A stretch of DNA of 64,000 nucleotides, taken from the NCBI GenBank assembly GCA_964591835.1, contig CAZQBS010000008.1, forward strand, positions 1,959 through 65,958, given 5' to 3'. How positions within the stretch are numbered: position 1 is the stretch's first letter; every line of letters starts with the position of its first letter. Below the pieces are notes generated by a model. The model had not been told where the DNA came from. It did not search any database and saw only the letters and a list, made by a program, of their open reading frames with translations. The position numbers and the translations under genes were made by a program. Source of the stretch: an uncultured Sphingorhabdus sp. (GTDB taxonomy: Bacteria; Pseudomonadota; Alphaproteobacteria; Sphingomonadales; Sphingomonadaceae). This document shows positions 1 to 9,560 of the stretch, piece by piece.

Positions 1-768
1 GTCCATTCCGACTTTCTGGGCGGCGCGCAGCCGGTGTCGTCGTCGGCGACCACCGCACCCGGCGATGCGCATACCGCCGAAGGCAAAAAGCCCTATGTTG
101 AGGCACGCGCGCTTGGAAATTCCGAGATTCCCCGCGTGATTGCCGACTATGTTCACGCGGCGAAGAACGCGATTGCCGCCGGTTTTGACGGCGTGCAGAT
201 CCACGGCGCGAACGGTTACCTGATCGACCAGTTCCTGCGCGACAATAGTAATTTCCGCACCGACGAATATGGCGGCTCGATCGAAAATCGAATCCGGCTT
301 TTGCGCGAAGTTACCCAAGCCGTTGCCGACGCGATCGGCGCAGACCGTACCTCGGTCCGCCTGTCCCCTAATGGCGAAACGCAAGGTGCCGACGACAGTA
401 ATCCGGTTGCGTTGTTCACCGCCGCTGCCGCCGCGTTGCAGGAGATTGGCATCGCCTTTCTCGAGCTGCGCGAAGTCAAAGACTATGGCGATTTCGGCCG
501 CACCGACGTGCCGCGTGTCTCGCCTGAAATACGCAAAGTGTTCACCGGACCGCTGGTGCTAAACCAGGAATATACCAAGGAACTGGCCGACGAAGATCTG
601 GCATCGGGCCTCGCCGACGCGATTAGTTTCGGGCGGCCCTATATCAGCAACCCCGATCTCGTCGAACGGCTTCGCACCGGCGCGGAATTGACGCCTGACA
701 ATTACCGCACATGGTACTCGCCGGGCGGTGAGGGCTATACCGATTATCCTGTGCTGGAGACGGTTTAA
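1..768 (+). CDS. Old Yellow Enzyme family alkene reductase (NemA-like), 5'-truncated by the window edge
   Basis: Motifs AGFDGVQIHGANGYLIDQFL, NxRTDEYGGSIENR and FGRPYISNPDL. The frame is open from base 1 (VHSDFLGG...), so the true start lies upstream. Confidence 0.9.
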   Translation, partial: VHSDFLGGAQPVSSSATTAPGDAHTAEGKKPYVEARALGNSEIPRVIADYVHAAKNAIAAGFDGVQIHGANGYLIDQFLRDNSNFRTDEYGGSIENRIRLLREVTQAVADAIGADRTSVRLSPNGETQGADDSNPVALFTAAAAALQEIGIAFLELREVKDYGDFGRTDVPRVSPEIRKVFTGPLVLNQEYTKELADEDLASGLADAISFGRPYISNPDLVERLRTGAELTPDNYRTWYSPGGEGYTDYPVLETV

Positions 769-829
769 CTGCGCGATTGACGTCCCCCGTATCGCGGCGC
801 AGAATATAGCTGCAAAAGCGGTTCGGGGG

Positions 830-2743
830 ATGGCCAGTATGCAGAAACACTACAAGCTGCTGGCAGCAAGCTTCATTGCATTATTGATCGCCGGTTGCGA
901 CCGCGCCGATCCAAAATCGATGTTCGGCGAACGCGACAAAAACAAGGTCACCGAAACCGCTTATCCCGAGAATGTCTATTTCGGCGACACGCATCTGCAT
1001 ACTTCGAACTCGTCCGACGCCTTCGCCTTTGGCGTGCGGCTCGGGCCCGAAGAGGCGTTGCGCTTTGCCAGCGGTGAAGAAGTCACCGCAACGATGGGGA
1101 TGAAAGCCAAGCTGTCACGCCCGCTCGATTTCCTTGTCATCGCAGACCACTCGGATGGTCTGGCGTCGCTAAAGACCATTCACGACGCGCCGCGTTTCAT
1201 GTTGCGCGACCCGTTGCTGGAACGCTGGCACGATGAATTGCAAAAGGGCTCCGAAGCATCTGCGCGCGTCGCCCGCGAACTCATCGACCGCTTCTCGCAG
1301 CGGACGCTTCCTGCCGCCATGATGGACCCCAAGGCCAATGCCGAGCGTACCAAGGATGTCTGGAGCGAGCATGTTTCGATTGTCGAACGCTATAACCAGC
1401 CGGGCAAATTCACCGCCTTCTTGGGATTCGAATATACGCTGACGCCGAAGGGCGACAACCTGCACCGAGTCGTCATCCTGCGCGATGGCAAGGACAAGGC
1501 GGACAAGGTGCTGCCTTATTCGTCGTTGATCGGGACCAGCGCCGACATGCTGTGGGATTATATGGATGGTTATGAAAAGGCCACCGGCGGCAGGATGCTG
1601 GCGATCCCGCATAACTCGAATCTCTCCAATGGCCTGATGTTCCAGCTAACGATGCCCGGCGGCGGACCGATGACCGCCAAATATGCACGTCGCCGCTCGG
1701 CGCGTGAGCCGATAGCCGAGGCGACCCAGATCAAGGGCGATAGCGAATCGCATCCCTTCCTGTCGCCCAATGACGAGTTCGCCGGTTACGGCACCGCTGG
1801 TTGGGATATCGGCAATCTCGACAATTCGGTGAAGAAGACCAACGACATGCTGGCGGGGGATTATGTCCGCGAGGCGCTGAAGCGCGGACTGCTTATCGAG
1901 CAGCAAACCGGGGTAAATCCTTACAAGCTCGGGATGATAGGTTCGACCGACAGCCACACCGGGCTGGCGACGGGCGATGAGGACAATTTTTTCGGCAAGT
2001 TTGCGCTGAACGAACCAGGTGCCGAACGGTCATCGCGGCCGCAATCATTGGGCACCCAACACGCGCAGCGTTTCGGCTGGCACTATCTCGCGGGCGGTTA
2101 TGCCGCTGTCTGGGCGACCGCCAACACGCGCGCGGCGATCTTCGACGCGATGATGCGGCGGGAGGTCTACGCGACCACCGGCCCGCGGATGATCGTGCGC
2201 TTTTTTGGCGGATGGGATTTTGCCGATGCAGACCTGAACGGCAATTTGGTCAAGGCCGGATACGCGCGCGGTGTGCCCATGGGCGGCGACCTGAAGCCGG
2301 GAAGCGGCGCGCCTCGTTTCATGCTGTCCGCACTCAAGGATCCGATGGGTGCCAATCTCGACCGGGTTCAGATCGTCAAAGGCTGGGTCGATGGTTCGGG
2401 GAGGCTGCAAGAGAAGGTGTTCGACGTTGCGTGGAGCGATGCCGATAGCCGGAAGATCGGTTCCGACGGCAAGCTCGCTCCCGTTGGCGACACCGTCGAT
2501 ATCGCAAAGGCCAGCTACACGAACAGCATCGGCGATCCAGAGCTGCGGACGGTATGGGCCGATCCGGAATTCGACTCCGGGGTGCGGGCGTTTTATTATC
2601 TGCGCGTGCTCGAAATCCCGACACCGCGCTGGGTGCTTTACGATGCGCTCCGTTATGGCGCGAAGTTGCTGCCCGATACGCAGCTAAAGGCACAGGAGCG
2701 CGCTTACTCGTCGCCGATCTGGTATAATCCCAAGATAAGGTGA
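830..2743 (+). CDS. DUF3604-family PHP-like metallohydrolase, predicted lipoprotein
   Basis: YFGDTHLHTSNS, VIADHS, LAIPHNSNLSNG, IGSTDSH, YATTGPR and ERAYSSPIWY motifs; lipobox LLIAGC. Start taken at ATG 830 (or 839) after GGGG. Confidence 0.75.
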   Translation: MASMQKHYKLLAASFIALLIAGCDRADPKSMFGERDKNKVTETAYPENVYFGDTHLHTSNSSDAFAFGVRLGPEEALRFASGEEVTATMGMKAKLSRPLDFLVIADHSDGLASLKTIHDAPRFMLRDPLLERWHDELQKGSEASARVARELIDRFSQRTLPAAMMDPKANAERTKDVWSEHVSIVERYNQPGKFTAFLGFEYTLTPKGDNLHRVVILRDGKDKADKVLPYSSLIGTSADMLWDYMDGYEKATGGRMLAIPHNSNLSNGLMFQLTMPGGGPMTAKYARRRSAREPIAEATQIKGDSESHPFLSPNDEFAGYGTAGWDIGNLDNSVKKTNDMLAGDYVREALKRGLLIEQQTGVNPYKLGMIGSTDSHTGLATGDEDNFFGKFALNEPGAERSSRPQSLGTQHAQRFGWHYLAGGYAAVWATANTRAAIFDAMMRREVYATTGPRMIVRFFGGWDFADADLNGNLVKAGYARGVPMGGDLKPGSGAPRFMLSALKDPMGANLDRVQIVKGWVDGSGRLQEKVFDVAWSDADSRKIGSDGKLAPVGDTVDIAKASYTNSIGDPELRTVWADPEFDSGVRAFYYLRVLEIPTPRWVLYDALRYGAKLLPDTQLKAQERAYSSPIWYNPKIR

Positions 2744-2746
2744 GCG

Positions 2747-3235
2747 CTATTCCGCCTCGATTTCGGCAAGGATCGGATCGGGATCGGCAATCCCCATCAA
2801 GCGCCGCATGGCGAGGCGCGCCAGCCGTTGTGTTTCGACCTTGCGCCGTGCTGCCGCCAGCGGCACCAACGCCGCAGGTCTGGCAATCTCGGCATCATAG
2901 GCGTCGGCGATTATCAATCCGGCGCGTTCGGGAAGAAACGCATCGCCTTCGAACGGCTTCACGTCGAAACCGGCGGGCACCGCCCAGAAGAAGCGATCGC
3001 AATAATCGAGATATTCGGGCCATTTTTGGTCGCCGAGCAAATCGGCGCGCGCGCACTTGATCTCCACAATGATGATCTCGCCCTTCAGGTTGATCCCCAT
3101 CAGATCGGCGCGCCTATGGTTACGCAAACCGACTTCGGGCTGGACCATGATCTGGTTGCGCAGGAACAGCCGCGAGACGCCGCGCGCGACCGACGGTGCG
3201 CCTGTGAATAATTCGATCAACGGGTTGCTGGCCAT
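2747..3235 (-). CDS. mmcB: MmcB-family DNA repair endonuclease (PD-(D/E)xK fold)
   Basis: RRADLMG, IVEIKCARADLLGDQKWPEYLDYCDRFFWAVP, GLIIADAYDAEI; an SOS box lies directly upstream. Confidence 0.85.
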   Translation of the reverse strand: MASNPLIELFTGAPSVARGVSRLFLRNQIMVQPEVGLRNHRRADLMGINLKGEIIIVEIKCARADLLGDQKWPEYLDYCDRFFWAVPAGFDVKPFEGDAFLPERAGLIIADAYDAEIARPAALVPLAAARRKVETQRLARLAMRRLMGIADPDPILAEIEAE

Positions 3236-3247
3236 CGCCAAGCGATA

Positions 3248-3262
3248 GAACAGGAAGCGAAC
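3248..3262 (-). promoter_or_regulatory. LexA (SOS) box, alphaproteobacterial GTTC-N7-GTTC type
   Basis: The + strand reads GAAC-aggaagc-GAAC, 12 nt upstream of the mmcB ATG. mmcB is SOS-regulated in Caulobacter (established knowledge). Confidence 0.85.
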
Positions 3263-3265
3263 AAA

Positions 3266-3293
3266 ATAAAGGCCTCAAAATCGAAGCCTTTAT
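3266..3293 (-). terminator. Possible intrinsic terminator after the cell wall hydrolase gene
   Basis: ATAAAGGC...GCCTTTAT inverted repeat with A/T runs on both sides; the loop is long (12 nt). Confidence 0.4.
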
Positions 3294-3316
3294 CTTTTTA
3301 ACTGTTCAGCGGGCAA

Positions 3317-4039
3317 TCAGCGGTAGAAAACGTGATTGTCCACTGTGCCGAGACGGGTCAAACGCCAGCCCGGCGAAACCCGTCGCGCGTGAAAGAACAA
3401 TGCGCCTTCGACCGGGCTTTTCCAGCTGTTGGTCAGCGCAATTTTGCTAATCGCGACGGCATTCCGCCAGTTATTACCCCCGGTATCGATCCGCGGCATC
3501 CTGCCACCGCGCACGAACGAGAACTGGCTTTTTTGGTACACCACACCGCAGAGCGAAGATGCAAAGCGACCCGACTTGGCGCGCGCCATCACGACGCGAG
3601 CAACAGCCAACTGACCGGGGAGCGATTCGCCCTTCGATTCGAAATAGACGGCACCGGCGAGGCATTGCTCCTCGGCGTTCAGCGCGTCATCGGTGTCCTG
3701 AATCCGGACCAGTTCGGCCAGCGACGAAGCCGACATCGTGTCTGGGCTTTCGTCGGTCACATCGGTGCTATCCAAGTCCATGACCGGACCGCCGCCATTA
3801 CCGGGGGTGAAGATGATATCGCCGTTATCGGAAAGTTTCGCCGCTACCTTGCCTTCCTTGGCAAGCTGGGCGGTGTTCTCATCGGCGGCCAGCTTCGCTG
3901 CATCGACGACGATCGTATTGGCGCTAAGCGCAGTGCTTTGGTCATTGCCAAAGGCAAAACCCGGATCGGCGGTGATGACTGCTGAACCGAGGGTAACAGA
4001 AATGGCCGCGACAGTCGCAGCCTTCAAAAATTTCGACAT
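3317..4039 (-). CDS. SleB-family (Hydrolase_2) cell wall hydrolase with signal peptide
   Basis: CLAGAVYFESKGESLPGQLAVARVV, LCGVVYQKSQFSF, ALFFHA and HVFYR motifs. Confidence 0.88.
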   Translation of the reverse strand: MSKFLKAATVAAISVTLGSAVITADPGFAFGNDQSTALSANTIVVDAAKLAADENTAQLAKEGKVAAKLSDNGDIIFTPGNGGGPVMDLDSTDVTDESPDTMSASSLAELVRIQDTDDALNAEEQCLAGAVYFESKGESLPGQLAVARVVMARAKSGRFASSLCGVVYQKSQFSFVRGGRMPRIDTGGNNWRNAVAISKIALTNSWKSPVEGALFFHARRVSPGWRLTRLGTVDNHVFYR

Positions 4040-4186
4040 TTAACAAGCAATTTACTGCGGCGGCACCAGCAGACAGGCATGTGTCCTAATTATACGGCCT
4101 GTCATTTGTTGCATCCGACTCGCGTGTTTGCCCCGGGCACCCCTTTTAGTAACCCGCGTTGCAACCTTCGCTACTCAGCTATCCGG

Positions 4187-4214
4187 CATTTATTGTGCAG
4201 TGCAACATTGTCAA
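4187..4214 (-). promoter_or_regulatory. Putative sigma70 promoter for the cell wall hydrolase gene
   Basis: The minus strand reads TTGACA-N16-TAAATG, about 150 nt upstream of the ATG. Confidence 0.4.
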
Positions 4215-4555
4215 TAGGAGGAGGCCAAAAGTCCGTTCAACCGTTCTGGCGATGCGACGTCCAGTTCGATTACCCATAAATCCGGGTCACGCTCGGCTCG
4301 TTTTTGCCACAAAGCAGCGATATCTTCTTCGGTTGCGGAACTTTTAGGATCGGTCGTTTGCCACGTCAAACCGCCGTCGAGCGAGGGAAAGCGTTCGTAA
4401 AGTGCCGGATTTTGACCGCGAACGAGGCCGATCACCATGATGGCGCCGGCTATCGGATCGCCCTTTCGCAACACCACCGCAAAATCGCCCCCGGCCTGCG
4501 CCAGCCGGATAAATGCCGAGACCTGGACTGCGCTGGCGAGCCGTGGCTCGATCAA
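4211..4555 (-). CDS. DUF1491-family protein
   Basis: RLASAVQVSAFIR, GGDFAVVLRKGDPIAGAI and RAERDPDLWVIELD match the family pattern; overlaps the ptsN stop by 4 nt. Confidence 0.75.
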   Translation of the reverse strand: MIEPRLASAVQVSAFIRLAQAGGDFAVVLRKGDPIAGAIMVIGLVRGQNPALYERFPSLDGGLTWQTTDPKSSATEEDIAALWQKRAERDPDLWVIELDVASPERLNGLLASSY

Positions 4556-5019
4556 GCTGCGTCGCGCTCCTCGGGCAGCATCAACAGCGCGAACATCGCG
4601 TCGGCGTCGGCCGCTCCGCGGAGCTGGCTGCGAAACTTTTCGTCGCGGAAAAGCCGCGAGATTTCAGCCAAAGCGCGAAGATGCGAGGCACCGTCTTGCG
4701 CTGGCGAGATCAGAGCACAGACCAGATCGACCGGTTCATCGTCGACTGCGTTATATTCGACAGGCTTTGCCAGCCTGGCAAAAACCGCAACGGGCATATC
4801 GATACCGGTGACCTTGCAATGCGGGATTGCGGTTCCACCGCCAAAGCCAGTCGGCCCAAGCCGTTCGCGCTCGACGAGACCCTCGTGCACGGCACTGGCA
4901 TCGACCGCATAATTTTCTGCCGCTATTGCCGAGAGTCGTAAAAGCAGGTCGGATTTACCCGATATATGCACGTCCGCAACAATGGCCCCTTCAACGAGCC
5001 TGGAAGAAATTCGAATCAT
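4552..5019 (-). CDS. ptsN: PTS IIA-like nitrogen regulatory protein
   Basis: ERERLGPTGFGGGTAIPH with the phospho-His, DDEPVDLV and HLRALAEISR; follows hpf. Confidence 0.85.
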   Translation of the reverse strand: MIRISSRLVEGAIVADVHISGKSDLLLRLSAIAAENYAVDASAVHEGLVERERLGPTGFGGGTAIPHCKVTGIDMPVAVFARLAKPVEYNAVDDEPVDLVCALISPAQDGASHLRALAEISRLFRDEKFRSQLRGAADADAMFALLMLPEERDAA

Positions 5020-5108
5020 ATCCCGTTATTATGCGACCGGCTGGATACCGAGAGGCAAACCCCAAATGTTTGAATGAATTTACGAAATTTTATAAATGAA
5101 GCCGAATT

Positions 5109-5684
5109 CTAAGGTGCCGATTTTGGTTCAACCCACCCGATCGTGCCATCTTCGCGGCGGTAAACCATATTATGCCTGCCAGTTCCAGTGTTTTTGAACA
5201 GCAAGGCAGGCGTGTTGCGCAAATCCATCAGCATGACGGCATCGGATACCGTCGATTCGGGGATATCGACGCTCATTTCGGCGACGATTACCGGAGCATC
5301 GGGCGAAGCGTCCTCTGTTTCAGCGGTGCGGCCGTCGAAAACAGTATAAGCAGCCTCTTCGGCTTTGAGCGCATGCGCCGACTGGCTGTGGCGGTCTTGC
5401 AACCGCCGCATGTAACGGCGCAACTGCTTTTCGATTTTATCGGCAGCGCGGTCCAGAGCGATATGCGCGTCCTGCGCCTCCCCACTGCCTTTCAGCACAA
5501 GCCCCTGCATCACATGCATTACGATATCGCTCGTAAAACCGTCATGCGGTCCGCGCCCGAAGGTTGCCTGCGATGACAGCGCCTTGGAGAAATATTTATC
5601 GGCAATTCCGGACAGCCGCGTCTCGACATGACCTTGCAGCGCTTCGCCGGTTTCCACCTGATGCCCTGAAACCCTGATATCCAT
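5109..5684 (-). CDS. hpf: Ribosome hibernation promoting factor, long HPF
   Basis: MDIRVSGHQVETGEAL, AADKIEKQLRRY and C-terminal EDGTIGWVEP. Confidence 0.9.
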   Translation of the reverse strand: MDIRVSGHQVETGEALQGHVETRLSGIADKYFSKALSSQATFGRGPHDGFTSDIVMHVMQGLVLKGSGEAQDAHIALDRAADKIEKQLRRYMRRLQDRHSQSAHALKAEEAAYTVFDGRTAETEDASPDAPVIVAEMSVDIPESTVSDAVMLMDLRNTPALLFKNTGTGRHNMVYRREDGTIGWVEPKSAP

Positions 5685-5701
5685 AGCCAGTCTCCTTGTT
5701 G

Positions 5702-6406
5702 TCAATTGGTCCGTTCGGCGTCGAGCCAGAGTGCATCCCTGATATCGGCGATAAACGCGCGATGCCGTTCGAACTCGGCTTCGCTCGCACGATGCGGGCG
5801 CGGTTCGCGATAGGGTCTGGATGTCTGGATGAGGGTAGTCGTACCAAATTCAATGACGTTCGTCTCCGTGTCGTTAACCAGGCCAAGCCCGATCTGGCGA
5901 CCACCGGTAAGTTCAATGTACAGATGCGCCAGAAGTTCCGCATCGAGCAGCGCGCCGTGTTTGACACGGTGGCTGCGGTCGATGCCATAGCGCGTGCACA
6001 AGGCATCGAGCGACAGCTTCGCCCCCGGATGCCGCACCCGCGCCAGCGCAACAGTATCGACCATCCGGTCCATCGCAATTGGCGGACGCCCGCATTTCTG
6101 CAGTTCGCTGTTGAGGAAACCGAAATCGAAGCTGGCATTGTGCGCGACCAGCGGACAAACGCCCAAAAACGCGATCAACTCGTCGGCCTTTTGCGAGAAA
6201 AACGGCTTGTCGGACAAGAACTTGTCCGAAAGCCCGTGCACGTTTTCGGCGGCGGACGGCATCGGCCGTTCGGGATTGAAATAGGCGTGGTAGACGTTGC
6301 CGGTCATCACCCGACCAACCATTTCGATGCATCCTATTTCCACCATCCGGTCCCCTGTCAGGGGATCAAAGCCGGTGGTTTCGGTGTCGAAGATTATCTC
6401 ACGCAT
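5702..6406 (-). CDS. dnaQ: DNA polymerase III epsilon subunit
   Basis: DEDDh motifs DTETTG, VAHNASFD and HGALLDAELLA; LYIELTGGRQ. Confidence 0.95.
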   Translation of the reverse strand: MREIIFDTETTGFDPLTGDRMVEIGCIEMVGRVMTGNVYHAYFNPERPMPSAAENVHGLSDKFLSDKPFFSQKADELIAFLGVCPLVAHNASFDFGFLNSELQKCGRPPIAMDRMVDTVALARVRHPGAKLSLDALCTRYGIDRSHRVKHGALLDAELLAHLYIELTGGRQIGLGLVNDTETNVIEFGTTTLIQTSRPYREPRPHRASEAEFERHRAFIADIRDALWLDAERTN

Positions 6407-6436
6407 CCTGAGTCGGATATTGGCCTGTTTTGTGGA

Positions 6437-7036
6437 TTACGCAAGGGCTGCGCGCAAGCTTTTGACAAGATGGCGCACTTGACCCTGCGTTTCGGCCAGA
6501 CTGCCGCCGGTGTCGATGACATGGTCGGCGCGCGCGCACTTGTCGGCATCGTTCATTTGCAGCGCTAATATATGTTCAAAGCGGTCGGTTGTCATGCCGG
6601 GGCGAGCAAGCACGCGTCCGCGCTGGACGGGTGCCGGGGCCGACACAACAACGGTGACATCGACCGCCGCGTGACCGCCTTTTTCAAACAGCAATGGGAT
6701 GTCGAAGAGCACGATGTCTTCGTTTTCGTGCTCCACCAGAAACTTCTCGCGGTGTCGGGCGACGGCCGGATGGATGATCGCCTCCAGCTTGGCCAGCCGG
6801 TCACGGTCGCCGAGCACCGCAGCCCCCAGCGCTTTGCGATCCACTCCGTCATGGCCGGTGCTGCCGGGAAACGCCGCCTCGATTTCGGCGACAAGTTCGC
6901 CGCCTGCTGCCTGCAGGTTGTGGACCGAAGCATCGGCATCGAAGACGGGTATGCCTTCATCAGCAAACATCGCCGAAACGGTCGATTTGCCCATGCCGAT
7001 CGAGCCGGTCAGGCCGATGACCAGCGGCTTTTTCAT
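6437..7036 (-). CDS. coaE: Dephospho-CoA kinase
   Basis: [13 protein letters not shown]-loop, DADASVH, LEAIIHP and DIPLLFE. Confidence 0.95.
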   Translation of the reverse strand: MKKPLVIGLTGSIGMGKSTVSAMFADEGIPVFDADASVHNLQAAGGELVAEIEAAFPGSTGHDGVDRKALGAAVLGDRDRLAKLEAIIHPAVARHREKFLVEHENEDIVLFDIPLLFEKGGHAAVDVTVVVSAPAPVQRGRVLARPGMTTDRFEHILALQMNDADKCARADHVIDTGGSLAETQGQVRHLVKSLRAALA

Positions 7037-7842
7037 GCCAGCAACTTCGCGCGTAATTCGTCTTCGCCATCATCGGGCGGCGCGACACCGAAGAACAGTT
7101 CAAAGGCAATAGCCGCCTGTCCGACAAGCATTTCGAGGCCGTCAACGGATTCGAGGCCGCGCGCGCGCGCGGCCCTAAGTAGCCCTGTCTCTATCGGTGC
7201 ATAAACAAGATCGTAAACCAAGGCATCCTCCGGCAATGGCGACAGGTCGAGCCGCAGCGGGTCTTGGCCCTTCATCCCAAGCGGGCTGGCATTGACCAGC
7301 AACGCGGCCTCCGGCAACCGCGCGTCGAACGGAAGCACGCGGCCCTTCAAACCGAAATGCGCGAGCAGGCCTGCACCGCGCAGCGCGTTGCGCGCCATTA
7401 TGACGACCTCCCCGACATCGGCCTGCGCAAGTGCGAACAGCACCGCGCGCGCCGCGCCACCCGACCCGACGACGATTGCGGTTTCACCGACCAGAGGCAG
7501 ATCGGCAATCGGTCCGTAAAAGCCACCGGCATCGCTGTTTGTGCCGGCGAGCTGACCTGCCTTATCGCGAAAGACCACGTTGATCGCACCAATCGAGTGA
7601 CGGACATCGCCCGGATCGGCGACATGATCGAGTGCCGCAATCTTGTGTGGAATGGTGATGTTGCACCCGCGCCATGCCGGGTCTTCGCGGCGCCCGGCGA
7701 AATAATCGGCAAGCTTCTCCGGCGCGATGTCGCAAGCTTGATAGCGCGCGACGATGCCCAGCCGGTCGAGCCAGAACTGGTGGATGAGGGGTGATTTGCT
7801 GTGGCCGATCGGGTGCCCGATTACGTCTGCATAAGGGATCAT
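7033..7842 (-). CDS. aroE: Shikimate dehydrogenase
   Basis: [36 protein letters not shown] and GLEMLVGQA. Confidence 0.93.
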   Translation of the reverse strand: MIPYADVIGHPIGHSKSPLIHQFWLDRLGIVARYQACDIAPEKLADYFAGRREDPAWRGCNITIPHKIAALDHVADPGDVRHSIGAINVVFRDKAGQLAGTNSDAGGFYGPIADLPLVGETAIVVGSGGAARAVLFALAQADVGEVVIMARNALRGAGLLAHFGLKGRVLPFDARLPEAALLVNASPLGMKGQDPLRLDLSPLPEDALVYDLVYAPIETGLLRAARARGLESVDGLEMLVGQAAIAFELFFGVAPPDDGEDELRAKLLA

Positions 7843-8432
7843 ATCTGCAGCATCCCGCGAACCCGCAAATAGTCAAGCACCGGTAGCAGTGGCAGGCCGA
7901 TGATCGTGAACTGGCTTCCGGATACAGCGGAAAACAGCTGCGCGCCTTCGGCCTCGATGCGGTAACAACCAACACAGTGCCGGATCTGCTCCCAATAGCG
8001 CGCAACATATTTTTCGATAAAGTCCTCGCTCAGTACCCGCATCGTCATTTGCGCGGTATCGACAGTCCGCCACGCCGGCATACCGGCCTCACAAATCACG
8101 GCGGCGCTCACCAGCCGGTGAGTCGATCCCGACAGCATTTCCAGATGGGCCATCGCATCATCTGGGCCTTTCGGTTTGTCCAGAAACTTGCGGTCGGCGG
8201 TTACCAGAATCTGGTCGCAACCCAGCACGAGGTCGCCTGGAAATTTGCGCGAAATTTTGGCGGCCTTCGCCTCGGCCAGCGCATCGGCAATGTCGCGGGG
8301 CGTGGCCCCTTCACCGACGAGGCTATTTTTGATGCTATCCTCGTCAACCGTCGGCCGATGCGCTTCGAGCTCCACCCCAGCCGCACGCAGCATCGCCAGC
8401 CGACCTGCGCTCCCGGAAGCAAGGATGATCAT
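7839..8432 (-). CDS. maf: Maf-family nucleoside triphosphate pyrophosphatase
   Basis: IILASGSAGR, LAEAKA, LVLGCDQ, LDKP and VGCYRIE...FTIIGLPL. Confidence 0.9.
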   Translation of the reverse strand: MIILASGSAGRLAMLRAAGVELEAHRPTVDEDSIKNSLVGEGATPRDIADALAEAKAAKISRKFPGDLVLGCDQILVTADRKFLDKPKGPDDAMAHLEMLSGSTHRLVSAAVICEAGMPAWRTVDTAQMTMRVLSEDFIEKYVARYWEQIRHCVGCYRIEAEGAQLFSAVSGSQFTIIGLPLLPVLDYLRVRGMLQI

Positions 8433-9262
8433 GCCGGTTTGACCTGCGCCAGCTCGCGTTCGTTGAACAGGTTGATGATCGCAGCCGCTGATTCCTCGAT
8501 CGAGCGACGGGTCACATCTAGCACCGGCCAGTCATTATCGGCAAACATCCGCCGCGCAGCGGCCACTTCCGCCTTGACCTTTTCTTCATCGACATAATCG
8601 GTATCGGGCGCCTGGTTCAATGACAACAGCCGGTTACGGCGGACCTGAATCAGGCGGTCGGCGCTGGTCACAAGGCCGACAACCAGCGGATGCCTAAGCG
8701 TAAACAGATGCGGCGGCGGCGGCGATTCGGGGACGATGGGAATATTGGCGGTCTTGAAGCCGCGATTGGCAAGATAGATGCTTGTCGGCGTCTTCGACGT
8801 TCGTGAAACCCCAGCCAGCAATATGTCGGCTTCCTCCCAGTTCTGCGAATTGAGGCCGTCGTCATGCGCGATGGTGAACTGGATCGCGTCAACGCGGGCG
8901 AAATAGGCCGCGTCCATCACATGCTGGCGACCAGGCCTTGCCTTTGCTTCCTGGCCGAACATGTTGGACATCGCGTCGCTGACCGCATCGAGCGCCGCCA
9001 CAGCGGGCAAGCCCAGCGCGCGGCACCGGGTTTCGAGCTTTCGCCGCGTGTCGCGGTTGACCAGCGTAAACAGCACCAGCCCGGGGTTCGCGGCGACATC
9101 GACCATGATCCGTTCGAGATGCGTTTCGGAGCGGACCATCGGCCAGAAATGCTTGACCACATCGTCAACGGCGTCGAACTGGGCGAGAGCGGCCTTTGCG
9201 ATATTTTCCAGCGTTTCGCCGGTGGAGTCGGAAAGCAAATGCAGATGGAAGCGTTGGGTCAC
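8429..9262 (-). CDS. Pyruvate phosphate/water dikinase regulatory protein (DUF299 kinase/pyrophosphorylase)
   Basis: HLLSDSTGETL, AHDDG and GVSRTSKTPTSIYLANRG. GTG start at 9262 chosen because the longer ORF runs through the origin. Confidence 0.9.
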   Translation of the reverse strand: MTQRFHLHLLSDSTGETLENIAKAALAQFDAVDDVVKHFWPMVRSETHLERIMVDVAANPGLVLFTLVNRDTRRKLETRCRALGLPAVAALDAVSDAMSNMFGQEAKARPGRQHVMDAAYFARVDAIQFTIAHDDGLNSQNWEEADILLAGVSRTSKTPTSIYLANRGFKTANIPIVPESPPPPHLFTLRHPLVVGLVTSADRLIQVRRNRLLSLNQAPDTDYVDEEKVKAEVAAARRMFADNDWPVLDVTRRSIEESAAAIINLFNERELAQVKPA

Positions 9263-9560
9263 CCCGCAACCTTGTTGGCAGGCTGGGGATAAATCAAGGG
9301 ACAAATATAGGGCGGTCATTGCGTCCCCGCTACCAGCGATTCGCTGCTCGATTCGGCCACAGCCTGTCCACATGGGCAAAGCGCCGTCCACAGCCTGTGA
9401 ATAACGGGGACAGGCCGATGCGAATCGTGGAGTCAATGTGGAGCAAGCGATTTGTCGCTGTTGGCAATTTTCGCAAAAGCTTTTAGGACCGGGCTTTTCC
9501 ACGTTCCATCATCTTTCATCATCCTATTTAATAATATATATTTTGATTGGACTTGCCTCG
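9263..9560. other. Probable chromosomal replication origin (oriC)
   Basis: Lies between the DUF299 gene and hemE, as in Caulobacter Cori. DnaA-box-like 9-mers at 9284 (TGGGGATAA), 9364 (CTGTCCACA), 9384 (CCGTCCACA), 9396 (TGTGAATAA), 9437 (TGTGGAGCA) and 9495 (TTTTCCACG). GANTC sites at 9338, 9350, 9422 and 9430. A 20-nt pure A/T run at 9525-9544. Confidence 0.8.

Noticed and set aside
8429-9502. Extended N-termini in the ORF track (8429-9502, 9438-10592, 27670-28959, 13260-14261, 42061-43587, 44666-45220)
   Set aside because: The extensions run through the origin or neighbouring genes. Family homology starts at the downstream codons used in the feature list.
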